Shown piece after piece: positions 1 to 13,042 of a stretch of 64,000 bases of DNA. A program made the translations under genes and the position numbers. Source of the stretch: Eledone cirrhosa. Taxonomy: Eukaryota. The first letter of the stretch is position 1. Each line of letters begins with the position of its first letter. The notes below the pieces were generated by a model, which saw only the letters and a program-made list of their open reading frames with translations, searched no databases and had not been told where the DNA came from. The DNA lies in NCBI GenBank assembly GCA_964016885.1, contig OZ024745.1:15562001-15626000 (forward strand), given 5' to 3'.

Positions 1-157
<157 letters not shown>

Positions 158-267
158 ACTTATACAAAGTCACAAACTTATTCTATATGTATAAACTTCT
201 CTGAACGAAATATATGAAATGTTCTCTATATTGGTGACAAATAACCTTCTGTATGATATATATATAT

Positions 268-412
268 TTTAGTCCAGAATTAGCCGTCGAAACGGCTTGA
301 GCTCAGCCGTCGGGGTTTTACTCGTTCCTATTACCCACTCTACTGCCCTAAGTATTGAGTACTTTGGTGCGTTATGGTCCACCTGGTTCCTTACCACATT
401 TCCTTCGTTATA
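268..412 (+). mobile_element. Short interspersed 3' fragment (family B), probably PLE-derived, with the 3' half of a hammerhead
   Basis: TA-flanked. Recurs at 1361-1405 (+), 7747-7947 (foldback) and partly 10041-10090 (-). Contains GAAA-CGGC-loop-GCCG-UC (stem III plus GUC triplet); CUGANGA is missing. Confidence 0.6.
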
Positions 413-687
413 TATGTGTGTGTGTGTGTGTGTGTGCGTGTGTGCGTGTGTGTGTGTGTATTATTCAAGTAAAGAAAAGTTGGTTGATCAAATAATCTAC
501 GGACTTTAGTCGGAAACAGAGGTAAAGCACTCTACAACCTGTGTTCCTAGGTATCAAACGGAGTGTCAATATTATAAAGAAGAGAGATGGTTTTAAATGT
601 ACATCTTATATTTATTGTATAATCCTGTTATAGGTGCAAAGTTGTAATATTTCTTTGTTTTTGAAATGCTACTGTAGTTAGGAACGT

Positions 688-746
<59 letters not shown>

Positions 747-748
747 CA

Positions 749-802
<54 letters not shown>

Positions 803-805
803 CGT

Positions 806-855
<50 letters not shown>

Positions 856-1092
856 ATAATTGAATATACAAGAGAGATAAACACAAATATAAACGTACAT
901 GTGTTCGAATTGTTTTCAGGCAGTTGCCCAACATAGGTTTGTTATTCTTTTTCTTGATTTACTACTTTAAATTAAGTCTGGCAAACCATATTGTTAGAGT
1001 TAGTATTTTTTTACCCTAGCAAACCTGGTCCTTAACAATTCGAACACATGTATGTTTATATTTGTGTTTATCTCTCTTGTATATTCAATTAT
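856..1092. repeat. Inverted repeat, ~58-bp arms (856-914 / 1033-1092)
   Basis: ataattgaatatacaagagagataaacacaaatataaacgtacatgtgttcgaattgtt pairs with its reverse complement with about one mismatch. Confidence 0.85.
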
Positions 1093-1585
1093 ATTACACG
1101 ACTCAGAAAAACTTTTTTCTTAGAGCTATTTTATTGTAAGAGACTATTTTGAGTTTCTAACTCAATATATTTCTGGACTAAATTATAATTTTTAGCCGAA
1201 CTTTTCAAGGGGTAATTCCTTATATGGGAAGATTGTAGTTGTCAAAAGGATTGGTCAAAATTTCATGGCGATAGGTGGGAGGCTGAACTTGCCTGTAGAA
1301 CAATGAGGGAGTGGTGGGGCCGGTCAAGCATTGAAAGTGAATTCTATACAGCAAATTCTAAGTGCGTTATGGTCCATCTGGTTCCTTACCACACTTTCTT
1401 CGTTTTATATATATATATATATATATATATTGTTATACTTTGGGAGGGTCATGTTGCCAATAAGAAACACACGCACCAGTTGCTTTCACTTCAATTTAAT
1501 TTAATATATATTTATAAATTTACAAATTTATAAATTTCTGGTTGGTTGGTTGGTTCCACAACCAGATAGTTGTTTATATATATAT

Positions 1586-1630
1586 AGTCATAGTTCTTTC
1601 GTCACACACTCTGTGACCTCTTCAGTGACT
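1586..1630 (-). ncRNA. Minimal type I hammerhead ribozyme (family A)
   Basis: Reverse complement of the 3081-3125 motif. Confidence 0.8.
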
Positions 1631-1926
1631 GGGGATTTCTTTCTTCGTTTCTGTGCCTTTCCTTTCTTCTATCCTACGCCATTTTGTTTGTGTGTGGGTT
1701 GCGTGCTCAGTTTGCGCATGTGCCACATCCGGGTGTCTGTGTGTGTTTGTGTTCATTTTTTTATTTTTATATTTTTATTTGTTTGTTTATTTATTTATTT
1801 ATTGTTGGTTGGTTGTTTGTTCTATGTGTGTGTGTGTTTTCATTTTGTCTTGTGTGTGTTTTCATTTTGTGTGTGTTTTCAATTGTAAGTTGTTTATATG
1901 TGTGTGTGTGTGTTTTCATTTTGTCC

Positions 1927-2341
1927 TTAATTGTAAGTTGTGATGTTGCTGTTCCACTCATATTTTCTATTTAATTTTGGTTTTAATTCTTTTATGCTTA
2001 CTGCCTCTGTAATTTGCCTAAACATTGCGTCTTTCTTGTGTGTGGATTCTATTTTTATTTCTATGCTCTCTAATTTACCCCTGTGTTCTATCTTAGCATG
2101 TTGGTAGAGCACAGATGATTCTTTACTATCTTGGAGGTCTCGCCAGTGTTCATTTATTCGTTCCCCTATACTACGAGCTGTCTCACCTATGTACACTATA
2201 TTTTTGTTTCTACATTGTCCCTCAGTACATCTTATGCTATATACTACATTTCTAGTTTTACAGTTAATATGGGGGCTTATTTTACAGGTTATACATTTCT
2301 TATCTATACATGAGGGTCTTTGGAACGGGTATGTCTTGCTA
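1927..2341 (-). pseudogene. Truncated PLE GIY-YIG endonuclease (left arm)
   Basis: CxxxxCxxC linker, NVVYSIRC...YIGETARSIGERINEH, RQITEA and LN motifs; no RT upstream. Confidence 0.9.
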
Positions 2342-2784
2342 GACCTGGTACCTCCGTAAAAACACTTATTAGCAAGACATACCCGTTCCAAAGACCCTCA
2401 TGTATAGATAAGAAATGTATAACCTGTAAAATAAGCCCCCATATTAACTGTAAAACTAGAAATGTAGTATATAGCATAAGATGTACTGAGGGACAATGTA
2501 GAAACAAAAATATAGTGTACATAGGTGAGACAGCTCGTAGTATAGGGGAACGAATAAATGAACACTGGCGAGACCTCCAAGATAGTAAAGAATCATCTGT
2601 GCTCTACCAACATGCTAAGATAGAACACAGGGGTAAATTAGAGAGCATAGAAATAAAAATAGAATCCACACACAAGAAAGACGCAATGTTTAGGCAAATT
2701 ACAGAGGCAGTAAGCATAAAAGAATTAAAACCAAAATTAAATAGAAAATATGAGTGGAACAGCAACATCACAACTTACAATTAA
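2342..2784 (+). pseudogene. Truncated PLE GIY-YIG endonuclease (right arm)
   Basis: Same protein as the left arm; matches the C-terminus of ORF 13043-14476 from RPGTSVKTLISK onward with about 10 substitutions. Confidence 0.9.
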
Positions 2785-3080
2785 GGACAAAATGAAAACA
2801 CACACACACACATATAAACAACTTACAATTGAAAACACACACAAAATGAAAACACACACAAGACAAAATGAAAACACACACACACATAGAACAAACAACC
2901 AACCAACAATAAATAAATAAACAAACAAACAAATAAAAATATAAAAATAAAAAAATGAACACAAACACACACAGACACCCGGATGTGGCACATGCGCAAA
3001 CTGAGCACGCAACCCACACACAAACAAAATGGCGTAGGATAGAAGAAAGGAAAGGCACAGAAACGAAGAAAGAAATCCCC

Positions 3081-3125
3081 AGTCACTGAAGAGGTCACAG
3101 AGTGTGTGACGAAAGAACTATGACT
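3081..3125 (+). ncRNA. Minimal type I hammerhead ribozyme (family A)
   Basis: AGUCA-CUGAAGA-G-GUCACA-gagug-UGUGAC-GAAA-GAAC-UA-UGACU: stem I AGUCA/UGACU, core boxes, stem II, vestigial stem III; on the element's sense strand. Confidence 0.8.
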
Positions 3126-3340
3126 ATATATATATAAACAACTATCTGGTTGTGGAACCAACCAACCAACCAGAAATTTATAAATTTGTAAATTTATAAA
3201 TATATATTAAATTAAATTGAAGTGAAAGCAACTGGTGCGTGTGTTTCTTATTGGCAACATGACCCTCCCAAAGTATAACAATATCGGTTTCAACACACGA
3301 TTTCAGATAAAGAATCTTGCTAAACAAATTCAGAAACGAA

Positions 3341-3385
<45 letters not shown>

Positions 3386-3482
3386 AGAAAAACCACAGAC
3401 CCTCCATCTCAACTCACCTTTTGAAAAGCAGAAGAACTGCGAAACCGGTAAAGGAACCAAATAAATATATATATCTTTTTTA

Positions 3483-3594
3483 AAAATAAGACTCCAGTTG
3501 CATTTTCGATTTCATCTCTTTTTCTTTATACTTTTACTCGTGTAGGACACCTCGGTTATTTTTCATTTTGTAAAAAAAACTTCACTTTCTAATA
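3483..3594 (+). mobile_element. Short interspersed fragment (family C)
   Basis: Diverged reverse-complement match to 27298-27397; both copies abut (TA)n. Confidence 0.7.
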
Positions 3595-3698
3595 TATATA
3601 TATATATATATATACATACAACATATACCTGCTCGTAGGAAACCTGATGAAAATTATAGGTACATGAACATAGACCTACGCATAGAAAGATGCTAGTA

Positions 3699-3861
3699 CG
3701 AGAGTTGGTTGAAAAGTTCATCGGCAGACTATGAAGGAGCTGATACTAGAGCTGTGAAATCTTGCATGCATTAATTTCAACTCTTCTTATTAATAACTCC
3801 ATTGTTACAGAGACTATGTTGAAAACTTTGGTCTTTCCATGAACTTTTCAACCGACCTTCG
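3699..3861. mobile_element. Tc1/mariner-type MITE
   Basis: TA|CGAGAGTTGGTTGAAAAGTTCAT...ATGAACTTTTCAACCGACCTTCG|TA: imperfect 23-bp TIRs with TA duplication. Confidence 0.8.
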
Positions 3862-4656
3862 TATTTGATATATATTCCAAGTTGCAGATAACTGGTGATC
3901 ACGTGACAGCTCAGCCCTCTATAAACACCAACACCCAGATTAATTATTATTAATCCTGGTGAGCTCCCATTCATATATATTTGATATATATATATAAATA
4001 AACGATCCCATATATAAATTCGATATTGATCATGTATAGTCTAGGTGAGAAGAAAGTAACAACACCGAGATGAAAATCTTTTAAAACTTTATTTGAAAAC
4101 AAAATAGAAAATATATATCATTACAGCTATACATATAACATACATTGAAACATAAGTAACTGTATATATATGATTATATATTCGCATGTGTACCAATATA
4201 TATACGTATTTATATACGTAATTATATATATACATATGCATATACATATAGATAGATAAATACATACACATATATATATATATGATTAATAACGTTTGAT
4301 TTCCTGAACAAGCTCTATCGAAGATGTGACTCTGTGTTTGTAAAAATCAATATGATAGGGTTGTTTGTGTCTGTAAAGATTTAGATTTGATTGTTAGAAT
4401 TAAAGTATCTGTCATTGTAGTAAGTAGGAAATGTAGAAATGTAAGCACTTCTCTTTTTTACTGAGCTTGTTAACAGAAATTTGAATAGACATTCAACTGC
4501 ACAGACACGTATACTTATATATGTGTGTGTGTGGGTGTGGGTGTGGGTGGGGGAGGGGGGTGTATTACATCGTTTGCGTGAGGGAGAGTATTTTTTCTAA
4601 ATATGTATGTATGTGTATATATATATATATATATGCATATATATATACACATACAC

Positions 4657-4718
<62 letters not shown>

Positions 4719-5230
4719 GTATTTATATATATATACACACAGATGTATTTATAGATATACATACAGATATATGTATTTGTGTGTATGTGTGTGCCTCTCT
4801 GTCTGTGTGTCTGTGTGTGTCGGGTGTAGGGGAGAAAAAACGGATTATCTTATTTTCTCTGGAGTTTAACTTTATCTTAACAGAACTTTAGAAATTTTAA
4901 CGAAAATAAAAAGCAAATCGTTAACAATATAATGGTGTATAAAGTTTTATAACAGTTAATATATGTGAGTGTGTGTATATATATATATATATGTGCGTGT
5001 GTGTATGTGCGTGTGTGTATATATATACATATATATATATATATATTATACACATATGTATACATATACTTATATATTTAAGTTACAGATTATTGATATA
5101 TATATATATATATTATACACATATGTATACATATACTTATATATTTAAGTTACAGATTATTGATATATATATATATATATATATTATACACATATGTATA
5201 CATATACTTATATATTTAAGTTACGGATTA

Positions 5231-5277
<47 letters not shown>

Positions 5278-5294
5278 CTATATGGGGGTGCGCC

Positions 5295-5394
<100 letters not shown>

Positions 5395-5572
5395 TAAGAG
5401 CAAACAAAAATAACAAATAAAGAAAACAAGCCAAAAAGTGTTCAAAACAATGTTTGCTTTTAACTATGTGTGTTTCTGTATGTATGTATATATATATAGT
5501 GTGTTTACTTGTATATATAATTAGAATGGTGTTTAATAAGCTCATCAGTCTGTGTGCGAGACACACAACACT

Positions 5573-5609
<37 letters not shown>

Positions 5610-5701
5610 CAACAACAACACAACAAACAACAATATTCAGCACATAAATATGAAAATACAGCAAAGTTGAAATCCGTACAAGCAAGTGGACAATAAACGA
5701 T

Positions 5702-5777
<76 letters not shown>

Positions 5778-5852
5778 TATATATACACAAAAAAAACATA
5801 CGTCACGATATTGAGATACGTACAACATATATACATATATACACTTAATGTG

Positions 5853-5883
<31 letters not shown>

Positions 5884-5926
5884 ATAGTATATATATATAT
5901 GTGTATATATTATTATACATATATAT

Positions 5927-6001
<75 letters not shown>

Positions 6002-6028
6002 TATATATATATACATATATATGTTTAT

Positions 6029-6062
<34 letters not shown>

Positions 6063-6576
6063 GCAATACATGCTCTGTTGTTTGATGTGGGTGTTTATTA
6101 TGAGTCCAAATCATTTTCTTCAGATCACTGGTGAGGGGGTGGGGTGCCAATGTTAACAATTGAACCAGCTTCGGCAGTCTAACAAGTCACAGCAGCACCA
6201 AAGTACAATAACAGTCCAGCGGCCTTTGTATGTAAATCCTGTTTATATATCCAAAATGGATCGCCTTGAAAGTTTTTCATTGATGATCCATTTTTTTAGT
6301 TTTTTTTTTTAGTTTTTTTTAGTTGTCGGTTTGCTTAAATTACCATCCGTCCTCGAAACATACTCTTCTTTTACATTCTCACATAATGATATAGATTGAC
6401 ACAAACGATGGTGACCTCCATTCTTTAAATTCCATTTTATGTATGATATCAAATCCTGATGGACATTGCAAGAACTTAAGTTATCCATATAAAGGATTCT
6501 CTACAACATTGGCTCCATTCTTGCAGATATTCTTATAATAGCGTGCAATATGCAATGATACACTAGAAGATATAAA

Positions 6577-6661
<85 letters not shown>

Positions 6662-6953
6662 GTGTGAGAGAGAGGTGGAAAGGATAACTTATTTCCGTAG
6701 AATGGTACCATGACTAGAAAAATAAACATATTTTTGTTTGTTAAGTCCATTTTATAATAAATTAGAAATAATTGAGGTGGCTGTAAATTATATGTGTCTC
6801 TGGGAGAGTTTATGAGCAGAGGGAACTAGTGGTAGTTTATATATATATATATATATAAAGTAGTGTAGTAGTGTAGTTAACATGAAGCATTGTGGGATAG
6901 GTGATATCCGACTAATCATTTTCCAAAAGCCGGTACAATTCAGTAGAAATATA

Positions 6954-7122
6954 CGAGGGGCAAATTATGATAAATAAAACAAAAGAAAGTAAGGTTTTAC
7001 CCAGTATTAAACTGTTTCAGCTCCACGTTTGAAAACGGGATTATAACCCTGAAATATTATGTTGAAATATACTGGATAAAACATTACTTTGTTTTGTTTT
7101 ATTTGTCAGCATTTGTCATTCA
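6954..7122. mobile_element. Tc1/mariner-type MITE (degenerate)
   Basis: TA|CGAGGGGCAAATTATGATAAATAAAACAAAA...TTTTGTTTTATTTGTCAGCATTTGTCATTCA|TA. Confidence 0.6.
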
Positions 7123-7166
7123 TATATTTCTACCGCATTGTCCCAGCTTTGGGGAAAATTATTAGT

Positions 7167-7261
<95 letters not shown>

Positions 7262-7637
7262 AGAGAGACAGAGAGTGAAACATAGATAGATAGATAGATA
7301 TAGATATGCACACATATATACATATGTGTATGTATGTGTGCCTGTGTGTGTGCTTGTGTAAGTATATATGCATTTCATTTCTTTACTCTATCATTTTTAC
7401 ACACTATGTCAGTGATTGCTCTACTAATATACTCCAATACTATCAACCTAAATGCTATACTATATTTAAAGAGAGAATGTTTTGCCATCTTCACTCCATT
7501 TCGATTTGAAATGTTATTTTCTTTCTTATTTCTTAAAGGAATTTTTAAAATATTCTAAACTTTTTAACTACTTGGCATTTGGATGTCACAAAAACGTGTG
7601 GTCACACCTCTTACCTATAGCAACACACATATACTGG

Positions 7638-7998
<361 letters not shown>

Positions 7999-8550
7999 GT
8001 AAAGTTCATTGCCTCTCTGTCATTAGAGTGTGTAATATGACATCTGGAATACAAAATAGAAGCAGAGGAGATACATTGTTCTTTAGACAATAACAAGGTT
8101 GTACTTGGGGTGAGGTGGGGTGGGGGTTATTATCTGCACGCCAGTGGTGTTTGTGATACTTGGGGGTGAGGCTGAGGCGTGGGTGATTATCTGCACACCA
8201 GTGGTGTTTGTGATAGAGAGATCGTCATAAAAGTTACAGACTTCATGCAGAAAAGACGAATTTCGTCTTTGGAGGAATTCTTGAATGGAAACCTGTTGAG
8301 GTATTTTCTTATCACGTAAACCTACCACCAGAAAGACGCCCTACCTGATCGCCAGAAGTACACACCTGATATCCTGCTGCAATTTAGTAGATCTTTTTGT
8401 CTTATTTGTTCTTATTTCTGATTTATTTGTTGTCTTCCCTGCTATGAATATGACATTTATAGTACAGAAATATCAGGGAATTTTTTGTTGATCATTCCTA
8501 TAAATTGTAACGGCCTTAGACTTATACTATTTTACACACAAACACACACG

Positions 8551-8638
<88 letters not shown>

Positions 8639-8666
8639 TATACATACATATATATATATACATATA

Positions 8667-8727
<61 letters not shown>

Positions 8728-9143
8728 GTCTGCCTATTTCTATATTTATCGCCTTTCATTACTTCTCTAAACTTTACAATACTTTTACTTCTATAACTAA
8801 TGCATATATTTCTCTCTTATTCTCACAATGATCTTGTACCTTATGTGTGTGTGTGTGGTGTGTGCGAGGGGGAGAGAGAGGGAGAGAGAGCGAGAGAGAA
8901 AAATAATTAAATTAATTCAAAGTATATATACATCATTATCAGGTGACATATATCATATGTAGGAAGGTGTATATTATTTCAAGATCTTGTGTAAGTCTTC
9001 TTTAAGTTGTGGTGTGGTCCATTATTACGGTTCCAAATACTTGTGGATATATATGTTTCTTTTGGTAAGTGCTGCCTGTAAAGAGAATAGATAAAACATT
9101 AATTCAGAGAAAGTATTATTGTATATTACTATTTTATATATAT

Positions 9144-9329
9144 AGCAGTGAATTGGCAGTATCGGTAGAGGGTCGGACGCCATGCTTTCCATAATAGTTA
9201 CGTCCCTTTACGGCCTGAGTTCAAATCCCGTCGAGGTTAACTTTGCCGTTCATCCTTACGGGGTCGATAAATTAAAGTACCAGTAATGTACTGGGTAATT
9301 GCTGGCCTTGTGCCAAAAGTAGAAACAAT

Positions 9330-9333
<4 letters not shown>
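9144..9333 (+). mobile_element. tRNA-derived SINE, family 1
   Basis: A-box-like TGGCAGTATCGG and B-box-like GAGTTCAAATCC; body ctttgcc.ttcatcct...gggtcgataaa..aaagtaccag recurs four times in the window. Confidence 0.85.
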
Positions 9334-9361
<28 letters not shown>

Positions 9362-10169
9362 GGTGGGGAAGTGCATGTTGGTGTATATATTTATGGGGGG
9401 TAGGTGGGTGGGTGTTTGTGTATATATATATATGTGTGTATGCTATGTATATGTATATGCATATATATATGTATAAATGTATATATATAGAGAGAGTGTA
9501 TGTGTGAGAGAGAGAGAGAGAAAGAGAAAGAGAGAGTGTGTGTGTGTGCGTGTGCGCGCACGTGTGTGTGTGTGCGCGGGCGTGTGTGTGTGTGCGCGGG
9601 CGTGTGTGAAAAGAGTAAACTTTACAGATCTCCACAATGAATACCTTGGAATGTTGCTCTATGACCTGAGTTCAAATTCCGGGGTAAATAAAAATCTAAG
9701 CTTCCAATTAATTACTGGCATTGATTAAATATATTAACGGAGGCAGAGACAAAAATATTTTATATATATATATAAATACAAATATAAATTATCGAGAATC
9801 GCATTTCGGCCTATGAAATAACGAAAATCAACCTCCAAGATGTGTGGCAAGTGCTCAATGGTTCAGAAGAACCAGAGCTACAACATACGTTTAAGGCCAA
9901 ACACACTGAGACGATGGTTAAACATTCATCCTCACAGTAAAAAAAACGATAAAGTAATTCGGGTCAAACAAATAAAAATATATGTGATTGAAAATTTATA
10001 TATATATATATTATCATCATCATCGTTTAACGTCCACAGTCAGACCCCGACGGCTGAGCTCCGGCCGTTTCGACAGCTACATCCGAACTATATATATATA
10101 TATATTTCAGAAGATCCCGTTAAGGGTGAAAGCAGCGATTCTTTGCTTAAACTTTAATCTGTTATTTTA

Positions 10170-10212
<43 letters not shown>

Positions 10213-10459
10213 TATACACATACATACTTGGTATGATATATGTTCGCTAAAGAGCCGACACTAGTATACGCAGGATAGAACATTCTTCGTAGTATACATG
10301 TAGGTCTGCATATTCCGTAGTATAGATATAATAATGAAGCAGATGTCGTCGAAATACGTATAACAGTGATTATGTAACGAATAGATGAGGTAAATTCTAA
10401 CCTGTAAACGAGACTTAATGTTTTTTTATTATTTTATATATGCTCTGCATATATAGTAA

Positions 10460-10650
10460 TAATAATTGTTTCTACTTTGGGCACAAGGCCAGCAATTACC
10501 CAGTGCATTACTGGTACTTTATTTTATCGACCCCGTAAGGATGAAAGGCAAAGTTAACCTCGGCGGGATTTGAACTCAGAATAGCATGGGCCGTAACTCT
10601 ATGCGTCAAAGCATGGCGTCCGACCCTCTACCGATACTTCCAATCCACCT
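10460..10650 (-). mobile_element. tRNA-derived SINE, family 1
   Basis: Reverse-complement homologue of 9144-9333 with an (ATT)n tail. Confidence 0.85.
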
Positions 10651-10733
10651 TATAGTAATAATATATAGTAATAATAATAAAAAGTGTTCATATTGGTACC
10701 ACCACCAGTAACTCACTGAATCTCACTTACTAA

Positions 10734-10809
<76 letters not shown>

Positions 10810-10819
10810 TATATATATA

Positions 10820-11228
10820 TATTAATAAAAGGAATTCCAACTTTGTCTGATTTACTCGTTTTATTTATAATCCTTTAAAATTTATAATGGTATTAGAATG
10901 AAATAGTATGGTAGAATATTAAATGTTACGTGTTAATTGAACAAGTACTTTCATGCTTTCGCAATCTTCAGGGTCATATTCTGTGGTGACAGTCAAGTTT
11001 GCAATTTTCTGCAAACTTGACTGTCACCACAGAATATGACCTTGAAGATTGCGAAAGCATGAAAGTACTTGTTCAATTAACACTTAACATTTAATATTCT
11101 ACCATACTATTTCATTCTAATACCATTATAAATTTTAAAGGATTATAAATAAAACGAGTAAATCAGACAAAGTTGGAATTCCTTTTATTAATATAATCTT
11201 CTATACACAATCATACACACCCGTGTAT
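10820..11228. mobile_element. Foldback element (~185-bp arms plus right tail) with hammerhead-like motifs, in (TA)n
   Basis: 10820-11003 pairs with 11010-11193 (about 2 mismatches). Arms contain CUGAAGA-U-UGC-GAAA-GCA-U-GAAA-GUAC-UU (left arm, minus strand, 10936-10978; the right arm has UUGAAGA). Confidence 0.85.
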
Positions 11229-11834
11229 ATTTATATATATACATATATATATGTGTGTGTGTATGTGTAAAATCAAAGATATAGAAATATATATACAAAA
11301 TAAATATTAATATCGCAACATAAGTATGGAGTAGAATAATTAAGAGCTGTATTAAAATAGTGAAATACTCGAGATGGACATCTAGAAGAAATGTAAAATA
11401 TTTTCAGAATCAACGGCACCAATTCGTGGGATTTATTCTTCCAATAAAGCAGTACGTCTCCCTGAGATCTAAACTCACAAACTGAAAATTATTATCTGAT
11501 AACTCTCATTATATAACTATGAACCGTGTTGGCAATTTATGAGATTGTACAATATTTGAGAATCTCTCTGTTAAGTATTCTACATTCCGGGCATCGGATA
11601 TTGAATATTAATATTGAAATGAAAAGGTAACTAGAATGAAATGAACTTCCATGTTTTCTATTTCTCAGATAGCCATCAATATGTTTAGTATGTCTTAAAA
11701 ATAACTATCAATTCGATTTCTCAGTTTCCCTAACTCCGGATATTTTACCTTCATTCAATTGTTCAGAATAAATCCATGTCTTTACATATGATTTCTACAT
11801 TGTGTGTAAAGATATAACATTTGAATAATCATGT

Positions 11835-11900
<66 letters not shown>

Positions 11901-12359
11901 TACTAAATAATGAAGGACTATACACTATAGGAACGAGAGGAAACATTTTCTGGAGTAATAATATTTAGATACACACAAGATAAAATGTAAGTGCTTAAGG
12001 TATTTGCGCACATAATCAGTTATAGATATGTTCCATTCTGTTAGATATATTTATGTGTATTTACATAAAACTATTCCCGGTTTCATTTGGTATTAATATG
12101 GTTATCAACATAAGTTTGGGCTTTAGACGCTACCGTGGCTACGAGAATATATCACCATTTCCCAAACTAATGCGTCTATCGTTCGATAGTGCTGAACAAT
12201 ATTAGAACAGTTATGTTAACACATATAGCTAAAATTACAAATAATAAGCTTCATCCCATCATTCGAAGATTTCTCTTTAAGGTACCCTTATTTGTTATGG
12301 TTCTCTACGTTCTGAGTTCAAATCGCATCTGTCATCTTTTTGTGTATAGAGATGTCGTC

Positions 12360-12561
12360 ATGAATGGACCTGTTACTTTTATCTAGAGACAATTTTTCCA
12401 ATTTCAATCCGTCTGTCTCCTCAATCTATCTTATTTCTCATTCTTTCTTCTGATGAAAGACTAGCGTCCGAAACGTTAAGACCCCTTTCTGCTATATCAA
12501 GCGTTAACCTAATCTATCCCTTCCATATACTGTACCGATTGTGTTGTTATTTCTGTTTACC

Positions 12562-12566
<5 letters not shown>
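12360..12566 (+). mobile_element. Hammerhead-bearing 3' fragment (family D), probably PLE
   Basis: Homologues at 16640-16790 (+), 18549-18770 (-) and 58949-59152 (-). Core UUCUU-CUGAUGA-A-(G/A)GAC-UAGC-GUCC-GAAA-CG-UU-AAGA at 12445-12481. Confidence 0.8.
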
Positions 12567-12659
<93 letters not shown>

Positions 12660-12797
12660 ATACTTTGGGAGGGTCATGTTGCCAATAAGAAACACACGCA
12701 CCAGTTGCTTTCACTTCAATTTATTATATATTTATAAATTTATAAATTTATAAATTTCTGGTTGGTTGGTTCCACAACCAGATAGTTGTTTATATAT

Positions 12798-12842
12798 AGT
12801 CATAGTTCTTTCGTCACACACTCTGTGACCTCTTCAGTGACT
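12798..12842 (-). ncRNA. Minimal hammerhead ribozyme (family A)
   Basis: Same motif as 3081-3125, in the 3' UTR on the ORF strand. Confidence 0.8.
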
Positions 12843-13042
12843 GGGGATTCCTTTCTTTGTTTCTGTGCCTTTCCTTTGTTCTGTCCTACGCCATTTTGTT
12901 TCTGTGTGTGTGTTGTGTGCTCAGTCTGCGCATGCGCCACATCCGGGTGTCTGTGTGTGTTTATGTTCATTTATTTATTTGTTTATTTACATGTTACCGG
13001 TTGGTTGTTTGTTCTATGTGTGTGTGTGTTTTCATTTTGTTC

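Larger units (their letters stand above)
1430..3341. mobile_element. Penelope-like element family A, 5'-truncated foldback insertion (two inverted 3' halves) in (TA)n
   Basis: 1430-2341 is the reverse complement of ~2370-3283. Both arms encode the same GIY-YIG domain plus 3' UTR. The right arm has an extra ~58-nt tail (3284-3341). Homologous to 12655-16527. Confidence 0.95.

Noticed and set aside
3630-3700. CUGAUGA...GAAA as another hammerhead (similarly 10108-10140, 20190-20210, 50670-50740)
   Set aside because: Stem I or II does not close properly or a core box is broken; not counted.
6070-6575. Possible decayed RTE 3' fragment on the minus strand
   Set aside because: Only scattered resemblance across several frames; cannot be supported without TBLASTN.
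8040-8480. 81-aa minus-strand ORF with a 51-bp duplication
   Set aside because: No recognisable domain; probably a transposon remnant that cannot be classified by eye.
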